NCBI GenBank assembly: GCA_021613535.1
Contig: CP075496.1
Span: 124,001-188,000 of the forward strand
Length of the DNA stretch: 64,000 nucleotides
Direction of reading: 5' to 3'
From: Adineta vaga
Taxonomy: Eukaryota > Animalia > Rotifera
Below are positions 1 to 11,878 of this stretch, one piece after another. The translations under genes were made by a program, and so were the position numbers. The number at the start of each line of letters is the position of its first letter. Positions within the stretch are counted from its first letter, which is position 1. The notes beneath the pieces were generated by a model. It worked only from the letters and a program-made list of their open reading frames with translations. It did no database searches and had not been told where the DNA came from.

Positions 1-482
1 AAATCACATTTTCAATAGAATCGCCATAGAAAATCATTGCGACTTACAAGACTGTAATTTCAATTTATCCTCTTGATCATCAGAAATTTCATTGATCATA
101 TCATACGTGGCATTATCATAGATATATCACGAACTGATTGATTAAGTTCTTTTGATTCAATTCGTCTTAAATGTCCTATATCAACAAATAAAAATAATAG
201 TTTTGTAACAAAACTTTAAAAAAACCTTTGAGTAATTCGACAGCATTCATACAATGAATGAATTTGATCAAATGCATCAATTAAAAATGTTAAATCCTTT
301 TCACTAATTCTTCTTTCTTCTATAAGTCTTTCCATAATATTAAGTGTACCTGTAAGCGATGGATCATCTCGAAATCTTCGTGGAACAACACCACCAAGAT
401 AAAAATGTAAACGTGATCGATCTTCATTACTAAGATGATCTTGAATATCCAATAAAATAACACGTAAACGTTGAGTATCCAT
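1..482 (-). pseudogene. Death-effector-domain (DED) protein, disrupted by two short tandem duplications; continues beyond window start
   Basis: The ORF 482-216 has a DED-like helical pattern (LSNEDRSRLHFYL...LIEERRISEKDLTFLIDAFDQI). A GT-AG intron lies at 225-176. A 4-bp duplication (253-260) and a 5-bp duplication (95-104) break the frame; removing them restores IHCMNAVELLK/GHLRR...MPRMINEISDDQEDKLKLQS up to a GTAAGT donor. Confidence 0.7.
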
Positions 483-821
483 TATTTATTATTTATTCCA
501 CGAAGAAAATTGTATGATTAATAAGAATATCTGCTAAGAAGAAAAAAATAGTGAATAATCAATTTGAATCTTGCCTTAAGCGATAAATTTATCGTTTTGT
601 GGGATTTCATTTTTTCCTTTCTCTCATGTAGAGTATGGGAAAAATTGTCAAGTATGGAATATCACCACTTATTATACAATCACACAGTCGGTCTTGTCGA
701 TACTTTTCTTCTACTTTATTCTATGAGAAAAATCTGTCCTTTCTCACATCTTCAGACTATAGATTTATCTATTGTAAATTACGAAGGATTGACATTCAGA
801 GAGCTGATTCGAAAAAATGAC

Positions 822-884
822 GTGGGTGTGGGTGTGGGTGTGAGTATGAAAGAACAGTAGATACCCACACCCACCTACACCCTC
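822..884. repeat. Telomere-like inverted repeat element: (GTGGGT)n ... (CCCACA)n
   Basis: GTGGGTGTGGGTGTGGGTGTGAG, a short spacer, then CCCACACCCACCTACACCCTC. Confidence 0.7.
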
Positions 885-924
885 GACTTCGAATGCTGAT
901 TTAGGAAATACAAGTCAATTTCTT

Positions 925-1410
925 TGTAAACTTCGTATCCTTGTTTTTTTCAATACATTAACCATAGCTTTTTGACTTATTACATTAGCTACTCTTGATT
1001 GCATGGTGTTCTTCTAACAGGAATATTAATTATCGAAATCGAAGTACATTGAAAAATGCACAATGTGGTATTATTCTCATTGTGTTTATGTCAATTCTTA
1101 TACAAATTCAACAGATCTTCTATTATGAAGCCAATCTTACATATACTCCATTGAAATGTTATTCAAAAACGGTAACACGTGGTATTCTATCAGATTTATC
1201 CTTGATTATGATTACTGTCCTAATTCCATTATCATTTATGTTTATCTTTGATCGAATGATTATTTTAAATATACACCACACACAATCACGTTTAGAAGCC
1301 ACACAGCTATGACAATGTCGGATAGTAATGGAACTCTAAATCCCATTTTTGTCGATATTAGACATTTCAAACAACAACGCAAAACTGATAAACGATTATT
1401 CAACATTACA
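925..1410 (+). pseudogene. Degraded rhodopsin-like 7TM receptor fragment (about TM3-TM5/ICL3)
   Basis: CKLR...WCSS...RNRSTLKNAQ..II..., C..K...LIPL.FM.IF and RKTDKRL resemble the 17440 receptor family. It has in-frame stops and no complete ORF. Confidence 0.55.
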
Positions 1411-2310
1411 AAATACGATTGAAATTTTAACTTTCGATTTATTTCTTCTTTTTATAAATTGTTGTTTCGGGAATGCCATTCTATATTTATAGATTACCTG
1501 GAAGAAAAGCATTTGGAAAAGCATCGTTAAATCTGTTTCATAGAAAATAAACATTATTGCCGCTCATAATCTCTTTATTTGGATAGAGAATAATAATCCT
1601 ACGGAAATAGAATGAAAGCTATGAAAGAGAAAATAAATTAAAAAGACGTAATTTCTTAAGATAAAATGTTTAGAGTGTATCGTGTGTCTGACATAAACAG
1701 AACTGATATATAATATTTTGATAGATGAAAGTGTTTTAGTCTATTTCCAGATTATCATTTGATAGACGAATAATATATAAACTAATTAAAATCAACGAAT
1801 TTGTATGTTAAAGATCATTTGTATTGAACTGAATATGTATCGAAGTCTTACTTGTACATGGTAATAATCAATTATATCTGAATATTTTCGAACAGATGAT
1901 GAAAAAAAGCCTTTCAATTAAAATTTATTGTATATTATTACGAAGTTTAAAAAAAAGTTATTTTTAAAATATATCGATGAATTGAAATATTCTGCGGAGT
2001 TTTATTTATCTCATTTTATATTAAATTAAGCAGAAAAATACATCAAGTTTTACAAAATTATAGGTATATCAGTATTAGACATGTGACATACAGACATTAT
2101 CACTTATGTAAATTTTGATAAAAATGGATACTCGACATCTTCAATTATTCAATTTCGTTGATGATATTAAACTAATTGGAGTAGAAATTTTCTATCTATG
2201 TTTCATTGAATGAGTTAAGGAAAATAGGAAGACATTTATTTAGAGATGCGTTAATAATCATAAATAAAAGCTCGAGTCTTCTTTTTTTCTTAAAAACATT
2301 TTTCATAAAA

Positions 2311-3222
2311 ATGAATCTCTCAATAAATGATACAACACTAAAAAAAAGCGATTATAGTCTTATTGCTCCTTTATCAATGTCATTTTCTGTAATTGCTATT
2401 TTAATTAGTTTATATATATTAATTCTGATTATATTAACAAAACAATTACATACAATAAATCGTTTATTAATTTGTAATACATGTTTAGCTTCTATTTTAT
2501 ATTGTCTTGTTCAATTTATTCTTTATATTTATCTTTTAATATTAAAATGGATTACAGATGATCAATCATGTCGATGGCGTGCTTATTTTTCATATATGTC
2601 GTTAGTTGCATTTGTCTATTCTTATGTTATTCAAATAATATCAAGATTTTTTTTTATTAATTTATATACAAAATATCGTTGGTTAATTTCATATAAAGTA
2701 CATATTTATTTAATTTTATTTGGATGGATTGTGATATTAATATTACCATTACCATCACTTTTAACAAATGATATTCATTTCCGTGCTGATGAAATTTGTT
2801 GGGTACCACCAGATAAGTTAATACATTCAAATTATACAATTGTTGCATATTATATAATACCAATTATATTAATTATTCTATTTAGTATTGTTATAATGAT
2901 TCGAATATATAATTATAAAAATACAACAACAATACAACGTAATAAAAAAAGAAGAGAACGTGATTCAGAAATCTTTCGTAATATAATGATATCATTTAGT
3001 GTTTATTTTCTTGGTGGTATTCCATATATGATTAATCAATTTACAAATATTGAATTTTTCTATTCAGTCGGTGTAGTTTCTGTGACATTTGTTGTTAATA
3101 TGGAAAAATTAATTATTATTTATCTTGATCGAGATATTCGAAATATTGTTAAAAATTATTTTTATCAAAGACATACTCGAGTTACACCAGTGACATTTAA
3201 TCCTACTTTTACTGTTCGTTAA
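2311..3222 (+). CDS. Orphan rhodopsin-like (class A) GPCR, single exon
   Basis: Seven hydrophobic segments, LLICN in TM2, Cys before TM3, ISRFF at the DRY position, CW in ECL2, YFLGGIPY in TM6. ATG at 2311 (MNLSIND) is the likely start. Confidence 0.85.
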   Translation: MNLSINDTTLKKSDYSLIAPLSMSFSVIAILISLYILILIILTKQLHTINRLLICNTCLASILYCLVQFILYIYLLILKWITDDQSCRWRAYFSYMSLVAFVYSYVIQIISRFFFINLYTKYRWLISYKVHIYLILFGWIVILILPLPSLLTNDIHFRADEICWVPPDKLIHSNYTIVAYYIIPIILIILFSIVIMIRIYNYKNTTTIQRNKKRRERDSEIFRNIMISFSVYFLGGIPYMINQFTNIEFFYSVGVVSVTFVVNMEKLIIIYLDRDIRNIVKNYFYQRHTRVTPVTFNPTFTVR

Positions 3223-3224
3223 TT

Positions 3225-3420
3225 ACAAGTAATGCTCGTCGGACTGATTCGCTTAACTCTCGACTATGGAGGACGGGTATTTTCAGTTTGTCACACTAGT
3301 GAGATGAATTGATCTGGAAACTTAAGATAGGAGAAAATGGCTCTCATGTTATTGGCAAAATATGTATTAACCTTCGAAAACAGAATATCAACTTTTTTTT
3401 CGTAAAATCAATTTCACCCA
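3225..3420 (-). mobile_element. Helentron-associated (HINE/DINE-1-like) element, 3' end
   Basis: ACAAGTAATGCTCGTC...CTCTCGACTATGGAGG...GAATTGATC is homologous to the element ends at 4332, 35090-35181 and 38420-38510. It lies 2 bp after the GPCR stop codon. The inner boundary is approximate. Confidence 0.6.
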
Positions 3421-4331
3421 ACACTCTTGTTCATACTGTGTCACGATGATTTCTGACTAGCGTTCACTGATGTTTTTTTTATACCTTTGCCACAAACTCA
3501 CAGACTGGCTGGTTAATGGTCCTCTTTTTACTACAATTCTTCTCCTATTCCTCCTTTTTCATTTTAATTTCAAAATCAATAAATTGAATACCGTGAAAAA
3601 ACAAAAACTCGATGTTGAAAAGAATTAAATCATTGGAACAGGAGACAGAACTCATGTTGAAATATAAAAAGCTTCAATCAAAACTTCACAATACAAGAAA
3701 CACCAATAAGGACCACTTCATAAAAACGTTACATATCCTGCATTCTAAATTTCGATAACAACACGAACGACTGATTTCAAAACTTTAACCCCGAAATTTT
3801 CCCTCACGGCTACCCATTGTAAATCGCAACCAATACCCCACTCGCCTTACCCTCTTAACAAGTTACTAGTTTAGCCCTACCACTCGCACTGACCACGCAT
3901 CTCTATAGCACCGAACATCGATAAACTGACACTGACGTTCACTGGACCAGTGGTGCACCGACACTGTTTACACTGAAAGCACAGTAAACACCGACACAGT
4001 ATTCACTGGGCTAGTGTGACTACACTGGGATTTTATTATTGGTGCGTATTAATTCGAAATAACATATAAGAGAACGATATCTTTCGCAGGTAATATGTGG
4101 ATGAATACAAAATTTTTATTCGATGGAAGAATTTTAGCTGTATAATCCATTTCCCTATAATTGATAATTGATCTATTCGAAATAATTTGACTTGCATATT
4201 TCTTTGTTAATAAACTAATGAATAGCGATTATGAAATAACATCTACCTATTCCATTGTAAAGAAACTATGCTCCACTTATTATTGTATTCTTTTATATCC
4301 TACTCTCTGTTGTCGATTCTTCTCATATATG

Positions 4332-5981
4332 ACAAGTAACGCTCGTCTTTAGACTCGCTTAGCTCTTTCTCGTAGAAATATTGCTTTCAGATGGTATATT
4401 TTTTATGCATTATTGTGTATATAAGTTTATTTTCAGCATAGATTAGATATTTTCACAAAAGCAACAATAGATACGTATACCAAAATGTTAAATATAGGAT
4501 TAGATATTTTGAAGAAATACTAATACAATTAGGAAGATTATGAATGATTACATCAAATTAAGATAAATGTAAAGAAAGAAGTAAAGAAAGTGAACATATA
4601 TGAATAGTTATTTTGAGATAATTTCAAATTATGATACATTTTATATGCTTGCAATAACACTAGACTCTTAGCAAAGTATCGATTTACACATGTTCAAAAA
4701 ATGAAAGAGATACACTCTCGTTTTGTCTTCTTGCCAAGTTCATCTAAACGTTTGAGTTCAGCGTCTTGGGCAGAAGAAGGTTGAACTTGTAGAACCTTCA
4801 TGTCGAAAGGTCGAAGAATAACTATATCATCACCTTTCTTCACTCTGCTGAGTGGTACATATATCGATGCTACTTGCAGTGTCCCAGGCGGGACTTGAAG
4901 ATCGACTACGATTTTGTTCATTGTGAGTCCTTGCGCCTTGTATGTAGTTATAGCGAAGGCAGGTACAATTGGTAGTTGCGTTCTTGTAACTTGAATGACT
5001 TGTGGAATTTTTCTCCCACTTTGCGCTCGATCGAATAGATGCCCGAAGAGTTGCTTTATAGGAACAGTGAATCGCTTTTTGATTAATGGAATAGGAATTA
5101 GTTTAGGACGAAGACCATCAAGATTTGTTTCTACTTGTGATGTATTAATTTCCACGAGTGCATATAATGGTTTTCGTATGTATATTGTATTGGGGGAGAA
5201 TACATCGCTCTTTATCTTAAAACCCCTTGGCTCCTCCTGATCATCGTATATGAGCTCTCGAAAAATTCCTTGTGTACCATTCGAAAGCCCTAGTTCACAC
5301 GCAATGTTATCGGTGAGAAGTACAGGCATGTTGGGTACGAAGGGTAAGAGACCGGGTAGAAGCTCGGTCTTGTTATCTGATAGATGGACGTTACTTCAAA
5401 ATTCGTTTGTGAAAGTAAGTTACTAATTATTACATCACCACACATTGCACACAATATTGTATTTACCCTATTTATCCATTTGACTGTACCCGGTATCATA
5501 CGATTATGCATTTCTCCCGAAAATCGGTACCCTCTGTTTCAAAAAAAATTTTTAATTCTCAAAAAACTAACACCAAATTCGAGTTCCTCGACACGAAAAC
5601 ACCTTTATGTCAACTCTTGTAAAAGAATATGTTTTTGGCAAAAAACTTTTCCTGTCTCAAAAAAATATTTTTTTATGCGAAATTTCAAAAAACTAACATC
5701 AGATTCGTTTTCCCCAACCCAAAAAACCCTTTGGCCAAATTTTAGAAAAAAAAAAGTTTTTTATAAAAAAATGGTCCTTTGTCTTAAAAAAATATTTTTT
5801 TATGCAAAATTTCAAAAAACTAACATCAGATTCGAAGTCTCCGCATTGAAATACCTCTGGAAATGTCTTTTCGGAAAAATCGATTTTCGATGTTTTTTTG
5901 ACCCTGCGGACATACAAGCAAACAAACAAACAAGCAAACAATTTATGTTTCTAAGACTCTTCTCTACGAGAAAGAGAATAA
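4332..5981 (-). mobile_element. Internally deleted Helentron (Helitron2-type) element
   Basis: Perfect 13-bp subterminal inverted repeats CTCTTTCTCGTAG (4363-4375) / CTACGAGAAAGAG (5964-5976). The 3' end has a mini-hairpin GTCT-AA-AGAC plus GAGCGTTACTTGT. A (GTTT/GCTT)n microsatellite lies near the 5' end (5911-5941). It carries a PIF1 helicase C-terminus. Confidence 0.8.
4694..5385 (-). pseudogene. PIF1-family SF1B helicase C-terminal fragment (RepHel remnant)
   Basis: MPVLLTDNI..ELGLSNGTQG, RTQLPIVPAFAITTYKAQGLTM and YVPLSRV are PIF1/Helitron helicase motifs. The N-terminal helicase and Rep domain are absent. Confidence 0.85.
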
Positions 5982-6665
5982 AGTTAATAAACCCCTAAAA
6001 ATGGATTATTATGCTTCGCTTTTTTTACAGTGTAAGCAATAGCAAAACTCATTCCCTGTGTTCGAAGACCACAAAACAAGAGAACAAGAAAAAAACGTTG
6101 TGAAGTGACTTCATAGAACGAAATGAAAGACTGTTGAGAGAGAGTAGATAGGAAAAAAATATTTTGAAATGAGACACGTTTCGTTCTTCAATCAGTGTTT
6201 GTCTCTTGCAACGTCAGTGGTAAGTTGCACAGGAATGAGAGTGTGGATGTAACTTGCGGGAAAATCGACGAGAACAGGTTTGGACGTTGCTGTCTGAAAT
6301 CACAACATTCACCCGAAGTGGTCTTCGGAACAATCTGATTCACCGACATTTGAGCTCCGGCAGTTGAGCCTGAACGAGCATGTCATAATCCCATCCCATC
6401 ACATCTGGTAATTAGATTTTCAATGCTGTAATGACTTCGTTACACCAAACCTACTGAAATTTCGCAGCTTTGTAGGTATATAGTTGTATGTCAGATGCAA
6501 TGAATTAGGTTGACTACTCTGTAACGTATCGTGTCGTCAAGCGGTCGTTATCCACCGTAATAGTATTATGACACGTGTGGGCCCTGACAATTAAACCGCG
6601 GAAATTGAGCAGCAACACTTGAATCCTTGACAGTTGTCTTTCAGTAGAGTGGGAAAAAGAAAGAT

Positions 6666-6700
6666 TGAGGGTGTGGGTGGGTGGGTGTGGGTGAGGGTGT
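6666..6700. repeat. Interstitial telomere-like repeat (TTGAGGGTGTGGG...)
   Basis: TTGAGGGTGTGGGTGGGTGGGTGTGGGTGAGGGTGT, with the same terminus as the palindromic copies. Confidence 0.65.
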
Positions 6701-7648
6701 GAAAGATTCGTCTTTTCGTAAGCTTTCATTCTCAACATTCTTACGTGCCGGTATATGTATTATTTTCGTTTTCGAGGTTTTCATTTTCGACATTTTTACT
6801 TTCGAGGTTTTTAGGGAAAATCATTCTATTATCCAAATATTCAGGTTAAGAAGACACCCGAAACTCTTGAAGGAAGAGCCTATCGCTCGAACCCTTCTAG
6901 GATGTTGCACAGGTGATTATGTAGTATCGATACAACTAGAAATCGTTGAAACTGGAGGGGATATTTCGCGAGGCTCCCTTGTGAGCCTTAATCTGTCTCA
7001 GGATAGTTTTATACTGGGTTCAGTCCATGCCTGAAATGAGTTACAGAATAATCCAAAACTTATATATTATATATTTATCAGGGTCTATTAGACTCTTAAC
7101 CACTCATAAACTTTGCACCTTCACCCACAGCGTCAAGAGCCTGCTAAACAAATAGTATATAAATGGAATTAAATATAATTATACACATACGATATATATA
7201 CTATATGAATTATAGAAATTTTGAATTATTGTGTAATTCATTGACGACGTTCAGTGATTGAGTTGGATTTTCAGCTGTCCTAAGGCATGTATACAATAGA
7301 AGCAAAGAACGAACAGACGAACAAGCACATGGACTCGGTGAACCACCCTCCACCAAAGGAGGAAATTAAAATTAAAATGGAATCGGTAAATTTTACGCGT
7401 ATAGATCTCAATGACACGGAAGAAATTTATGAAAAGACAAGCAAATTAAAAGACAAGTTCTTTTCAACAAGAGATGACGTGAAAGAGGTAGATGCAGAGT
7501 CGAATGAATCGAAATTACCACCATCATTTCGCGTGACTGAGTTAAATCAACACGAAACCAAACTTGATGAAGAGGAAAACGCAATCAAAATTCAAGCAGA
7601 ATCCGTCTCAACGGATCAGATTTGTCATTTATCAAAGTATTACGTTAA

Positions 7649-10413
7649 CCCTGAAACGCCCACCTGGGGTTCATGCGGACCCCAGCTAGTTTCATTCTAA
7701 TGTTTTATATATACGATGACAGATCATATCACGCCACTCTACATATGCTCTAGTGAAGAGTAGTAGAGTATACTATAGAAAGCATTCGCTTATCTCTTTA
7801 AGTCATCTATGAGATAAATTACTTCAAAGTTGATATATACGTATATTGCCCACCTGGGGTCCAACTGGACCCCATATTATAACATTAGTTTTCTCCTAAT
7901 ATTTGATCATAAATTTTTCATTCTCATATTTTATACATCTGTCCACTCATGTGGGAATATTCTATAGCTCTCTAATAAACTGTGAAATATATCAGTCGCA
8001 TTAAAACGGTATATTCTGCATATCTGACTATTCTTACAACTCTTCTGTTATTTTTTTAAATAATTACGTCTCCAATGTAAAAGTTGAATATTTTCATGAA
8101 TAATACTTTTGTGCAGTACGACTCTACATGCATAGGTTTTTCTTTCTGCTATTGACATGACGTCACTATATATACATATTATATGTATATCTTATTTCGT
8201 TCTGCTATCATACGTTCATACGTGCATCATTTTTCTGGTATGTTCAAGTACACATGTTTTTTTTCTCGTTCTTTCTATATAGATGACATATGCTCTCTCT
8301 TGTAGCTTCTAGTAATTCCACTTATTTCTGCCATTTTCTAGCGAGTTCTTTGATTTTCTTCATAAAAACCTATATAAACCCATTCACTGAAATAGTAAAG
8401 TCATTATATATCTCACTACCTACGACTATTATACGAAAACATATGGATTCGAAGAAACGCTCTAATTCCAATCAATCGAAACACTGGTCTCGATATTCCA
8501 AGCACTTCAACGATGAGTCGAACGACGAAGATGATGATGTTGATAATGATTCTGAAGATGACGAAATACCTTTTACTCTTCAAGAAAGTTCTGATGAATC
8601 AGATGGTGGCGTGGTTGAAAAGGATTCAGATGATGAATCTGGTACAAGTACTGTTGAAACTGAAAGTAACAGTGATGATGAACCACCTAGACGTCGAGCA
8701 AAACGTCAATGAAAGGCTGAGCAATCACCAGTTCAAATATTTACAGCAAAATCTGGATGTCAATGGACATCAAAGGAACCTCCCAAAAGAAAAATACCAT
8801 CAGCTAATATCTTACGACAGCAAAATGGTGTTGGACGACTAGCTGCAGGTATACAAACAGTGAAAGAAGCATTTCAGGTTTTGATCACTCAAGAAATGGT
8901 TCTTATCTTGGTGAAGGAAACTAATCGACGAGCGCATCTGATCTTGGGACAGTGGAATAAGAAAAATTCTGGTAAAGAATACCAATGGAGGGATACGGAT
9001 CTTGAAGAAATGTGGGCTTTCATTGAGTTATTACTCCTCGCAGGTATTCATCGAGCAAAGAATGAAAGTTTGAATGAATTGTGGTCAATGATCAATGGAC
9101 GACCTATATTTTGAGCAACTATGTCCAAGAATCGTTTCAAAGCCTTACTTCAGTTTTGCCGATTCGACGATACAACAACACGAGAGGAAAGACTGAAGTC
9201 AGATAAACTAGCAGCAATACGAGATTTATGGACAATGTTCTTAGGTGGATTACAAATATGCTACACGCCTGGTGGATCGCTCACGGTAGACGAACAGCTT
9301 ATTCCAACTCGTGGTCGATGCAATTTTCGTCAATATATGCCTAGTAAACCTGGGAAATATGGACTGAAGATCTTTTGGTGTTGTGATTCAGATACAGCAT
9401 ATCCTTGGATCAATACAGGACGAACCATTACTACAGACAACTATTTTACCAGAGCAGATTTGGCAGAAGATCTTCTAGGTGTTCAAACAACTCTTGTAGG
9501 AACTATTCGACGAAACAAAAAGGGAATTACACGGGAGCTGCAGCCAAATACACAACGTCCTGAGCAGTGATCTATATTTTGTTTCGATCGACAGCTAACA
9601 CTAGTTAGTTATGTACCTAAAACATCACATACCGTGATTCTGCTGTCATCTCTTCATCATGATCAGACAATTGTCGACGATGAAAAGAAAAAACCAGAGA
9701 TTATTTTATATTACAATAGCACAAAAGGTGGTGTTGATCATATGGACCAGATGGTTCAAACTTATTCGTGCAAACGAAAGACAAAACGATGGCCAATGAC
9801 TTTCTTTTTCAACATACTTGATCTTGGTGCTCTTGCTGCTTTTGTGGTATGGACAACCAAAAATCCTCAATGGAATGAAAAGAAAAACTACCGTCGATGT
9901 CTATTTCTAATGGAATTAGGTTATGATCTTGTTCAGTTGCATTTGGATCGACGACGACATCAACCACAGGCACTTCAAAAGAACGTTCTGATGGCTATAC
10001 AAGCGATTGGACTAACTGTTACTACTTCACACCCATCTATTGTTTCAACGGCTACTACCAAACAACGTTGCCATCTTTGCCCAAGAGAGCGTGATCGCAA
10101 GGTTATTACTCACTGTTCAAGTTGTAATGCTCCCTGTTGTCCAGATCATCACAGAGTTGTTTGCACGACGTGTAGTGAAACATTTTTAGGATAAAAGTAG
10201 ATTATACAAAAATGTTTTAGAAATAAATGATAAAATAACGAAATATAGTTTCTTTTTATAAGCTAATGAGTGTCTAAGAGACAAACTATATACCACATAA
10301 TACTAGCATAGTATACTACTTAAAAGGTGTATTATATCTATCTTATTGGGTTGGGGTCCATGCGGACCCCAGGTGGGTTATAAGTGGTAGTCCTACAGGT
10401 GGGCGTATGAGGG
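7649..10413 (+). mobile_element. piggyBac DNA transposon, full-length ends, defective
   Basis: TTAA target duplications at 7645-7648 and 10414-10417. 18-bp TIRs CCCTGAAACGCCCACCTG / CAGGTGGGCGTATGAGGG (2 mismatches). Subterminal TGGGGTCC..GGACCCCA palindromes near 7665, 7856 and 10353. Confidence 0.95.
8443..10194 (+). pseudogene. piggyBac transposase with three in-frame TGA stops and an in-frame deletion
   Basis: Acidic N-terminus, DDD triad motifs TVDEQ / TDNYF / GGVDHMDQ, YMPSKPGKYGLK and a C-terminal Cys-rich domain. All ORF pieces are in one frame, with stops at 8710, 9112 and 9568. A segment appears to be missing at AYP/WINTGR (~9405). Confidence 0.92.
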
Positions 10414-10695
10414 TTAATCGTCTTCTTGGCGTTAATGACTATAAGTTGCATGGCACGGACCGTAGTCAATCAAGATGAGGTCGATGACAGTGTTCATCAT
10501 TTAATAAACAAACGTCAAAGTAATTGTGTTACTCTTATTTATGGTGCTCCTTTTCCTTGTCCCGGTCTTACTTGTAAATTTGGTGGTTGTACTGTTACTT
10601 ATAATCCTAGTACTGGTACTCTTACTGCTGGTGGTTGTTGTGGTGTTACTGTTAGTGTGCTTGGCAATGGTGTTAGGTATTGCTGTAATAACTAA
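10414..10695 (+). CDS. Secreted Cys-rich peptide precursor (pro-region, KR site, 59-aa 8-Cys mature peptide); 5' part separated by the piggyBac
   Basis: Hydrophobic LIVFLALMTISCMA, acidic pro-piece, NKR/Q cleavage site, mature C-x10-C-x4-C-x4-C-x15-CC-x13-CC. It joins in frame to ATG 7567-7648 across the TTAA. Confidence 0.7.
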   Translation, partial: LIVFLALMTISCMARTVVNQDEVDDSVHHLINKRQSNCVTLIYGAPFPCPGLTCKFGGCTVTYNPSTGTLTAGGCCGVTVSVLGNGVRYCCNN

Positions 10696-11636
10696 TAAGG
10701 CAGGTATGCTGTGTCAATGTATTGTTTCGATAATAATTCATTAAGAGAATGTCGCTAATGATTTACCCTATCATTCGAACATTCTTTTTTGAGATTATCA
10801 TTTCAAGTACTTTATGGCGCTGAATTAATTCATTGTTTTTTTTCTTTATAGGGAAATGGTACAAACACAAGTTCCAACAAAAAAATCGGAAAATATGGAC
10901 TAGTTAGCTCCCTTCTCTCATATTTTCAACTATGTTTCCTCTTTATTTATTCTTATGGGGATAGGTGTATCGATCGAAAACAGATCGACTCATCTTCTAA
11001 ATAAAAGATAAATCGATCTGCTTATTCCAACTTTTGCTTTTCAGCAAGCGAGATGTCGAGGGTGAGCATTAGCTACCACGATCGCGATTTCGATCCCTGC
11101 TAAGAGGATCTTCATCAGATGACTTGAGTTCAGATACTCCTTATTAAAGGAGTAAACCTTTTTATCTTTCTAAATTTAATAAATTAAATATCTGAAGGTA
11201 AACTTGGTAGCGCTGTGAATTTGTATTAAAATTCAGTGACATTTTAATCTAGAGTAATGTAAAATTAATTATAATTGTGGAATGTGATATTTGTGAAGTT
11301 TGTTTTACCGTGAATATTATTATTGAAGGAGTTCATAGATCCAGTTGTTTGATAAAGAATTGTTTACTAATATATTGCTGATGTGGAAATGGTGTATTGA
11401 TGTTGAATTGAGAATAGTAAATATGCTGAGAGATGAAGAATGGTTGATTATGAATTATTGTAATGGATGTTTGCTGTATAGCAATTGAATTGTGAAATGA
11501 ATAAAAAGTGAAATTGGTTGTCGTTTATATAGGACGGGGATGGCAATGGGCGTTGCATTGCATTACTCCTCTGTATGGAGTGTGGGTGCTCTGAATGCTA
11601 TAGCAATCCAATCTTTATGCGCAGATACCGCATTTT

Positions 11637-11878
11637 TTAAGGTGAGTGTGGGTGTGGGTGCGAGCATTACATCCATCCAACATCCACTCACACCCACACC
11701 CACACCCACACCCACGCCCACAACCACACCCACACCCACCCACACCCACACACACCCACTCACACCCACACCCACACCCACACCCACCCACACCCACACC
11801 CACACCCACACCCACGCCCACACCCACACCCACACCCACCCACACCCACACACACCCACACCCTCACCCACACCCTCC
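11637..11878. repeat. Telomere-like palindromic element with expanded (CACACC)n arm
   Basis: Short GTGGGT arm, core GAGCATTACATCCATCCA, then about 190 bp of CACACC/CCCACA repeats. Confidence 0.85.

Noticed and set aside
5384-5998. 204-aa K/F-rich ORF
   Set aside because: Low-complexity, internally duplicated non-coding 5' part of the Helentron derivative.
7287-7700. 137-aa acidic ORF
   Set aside because: No recognisable domain, and it ends inside the piggyBac TIR. It may be a gene remnant but cannot be supported.
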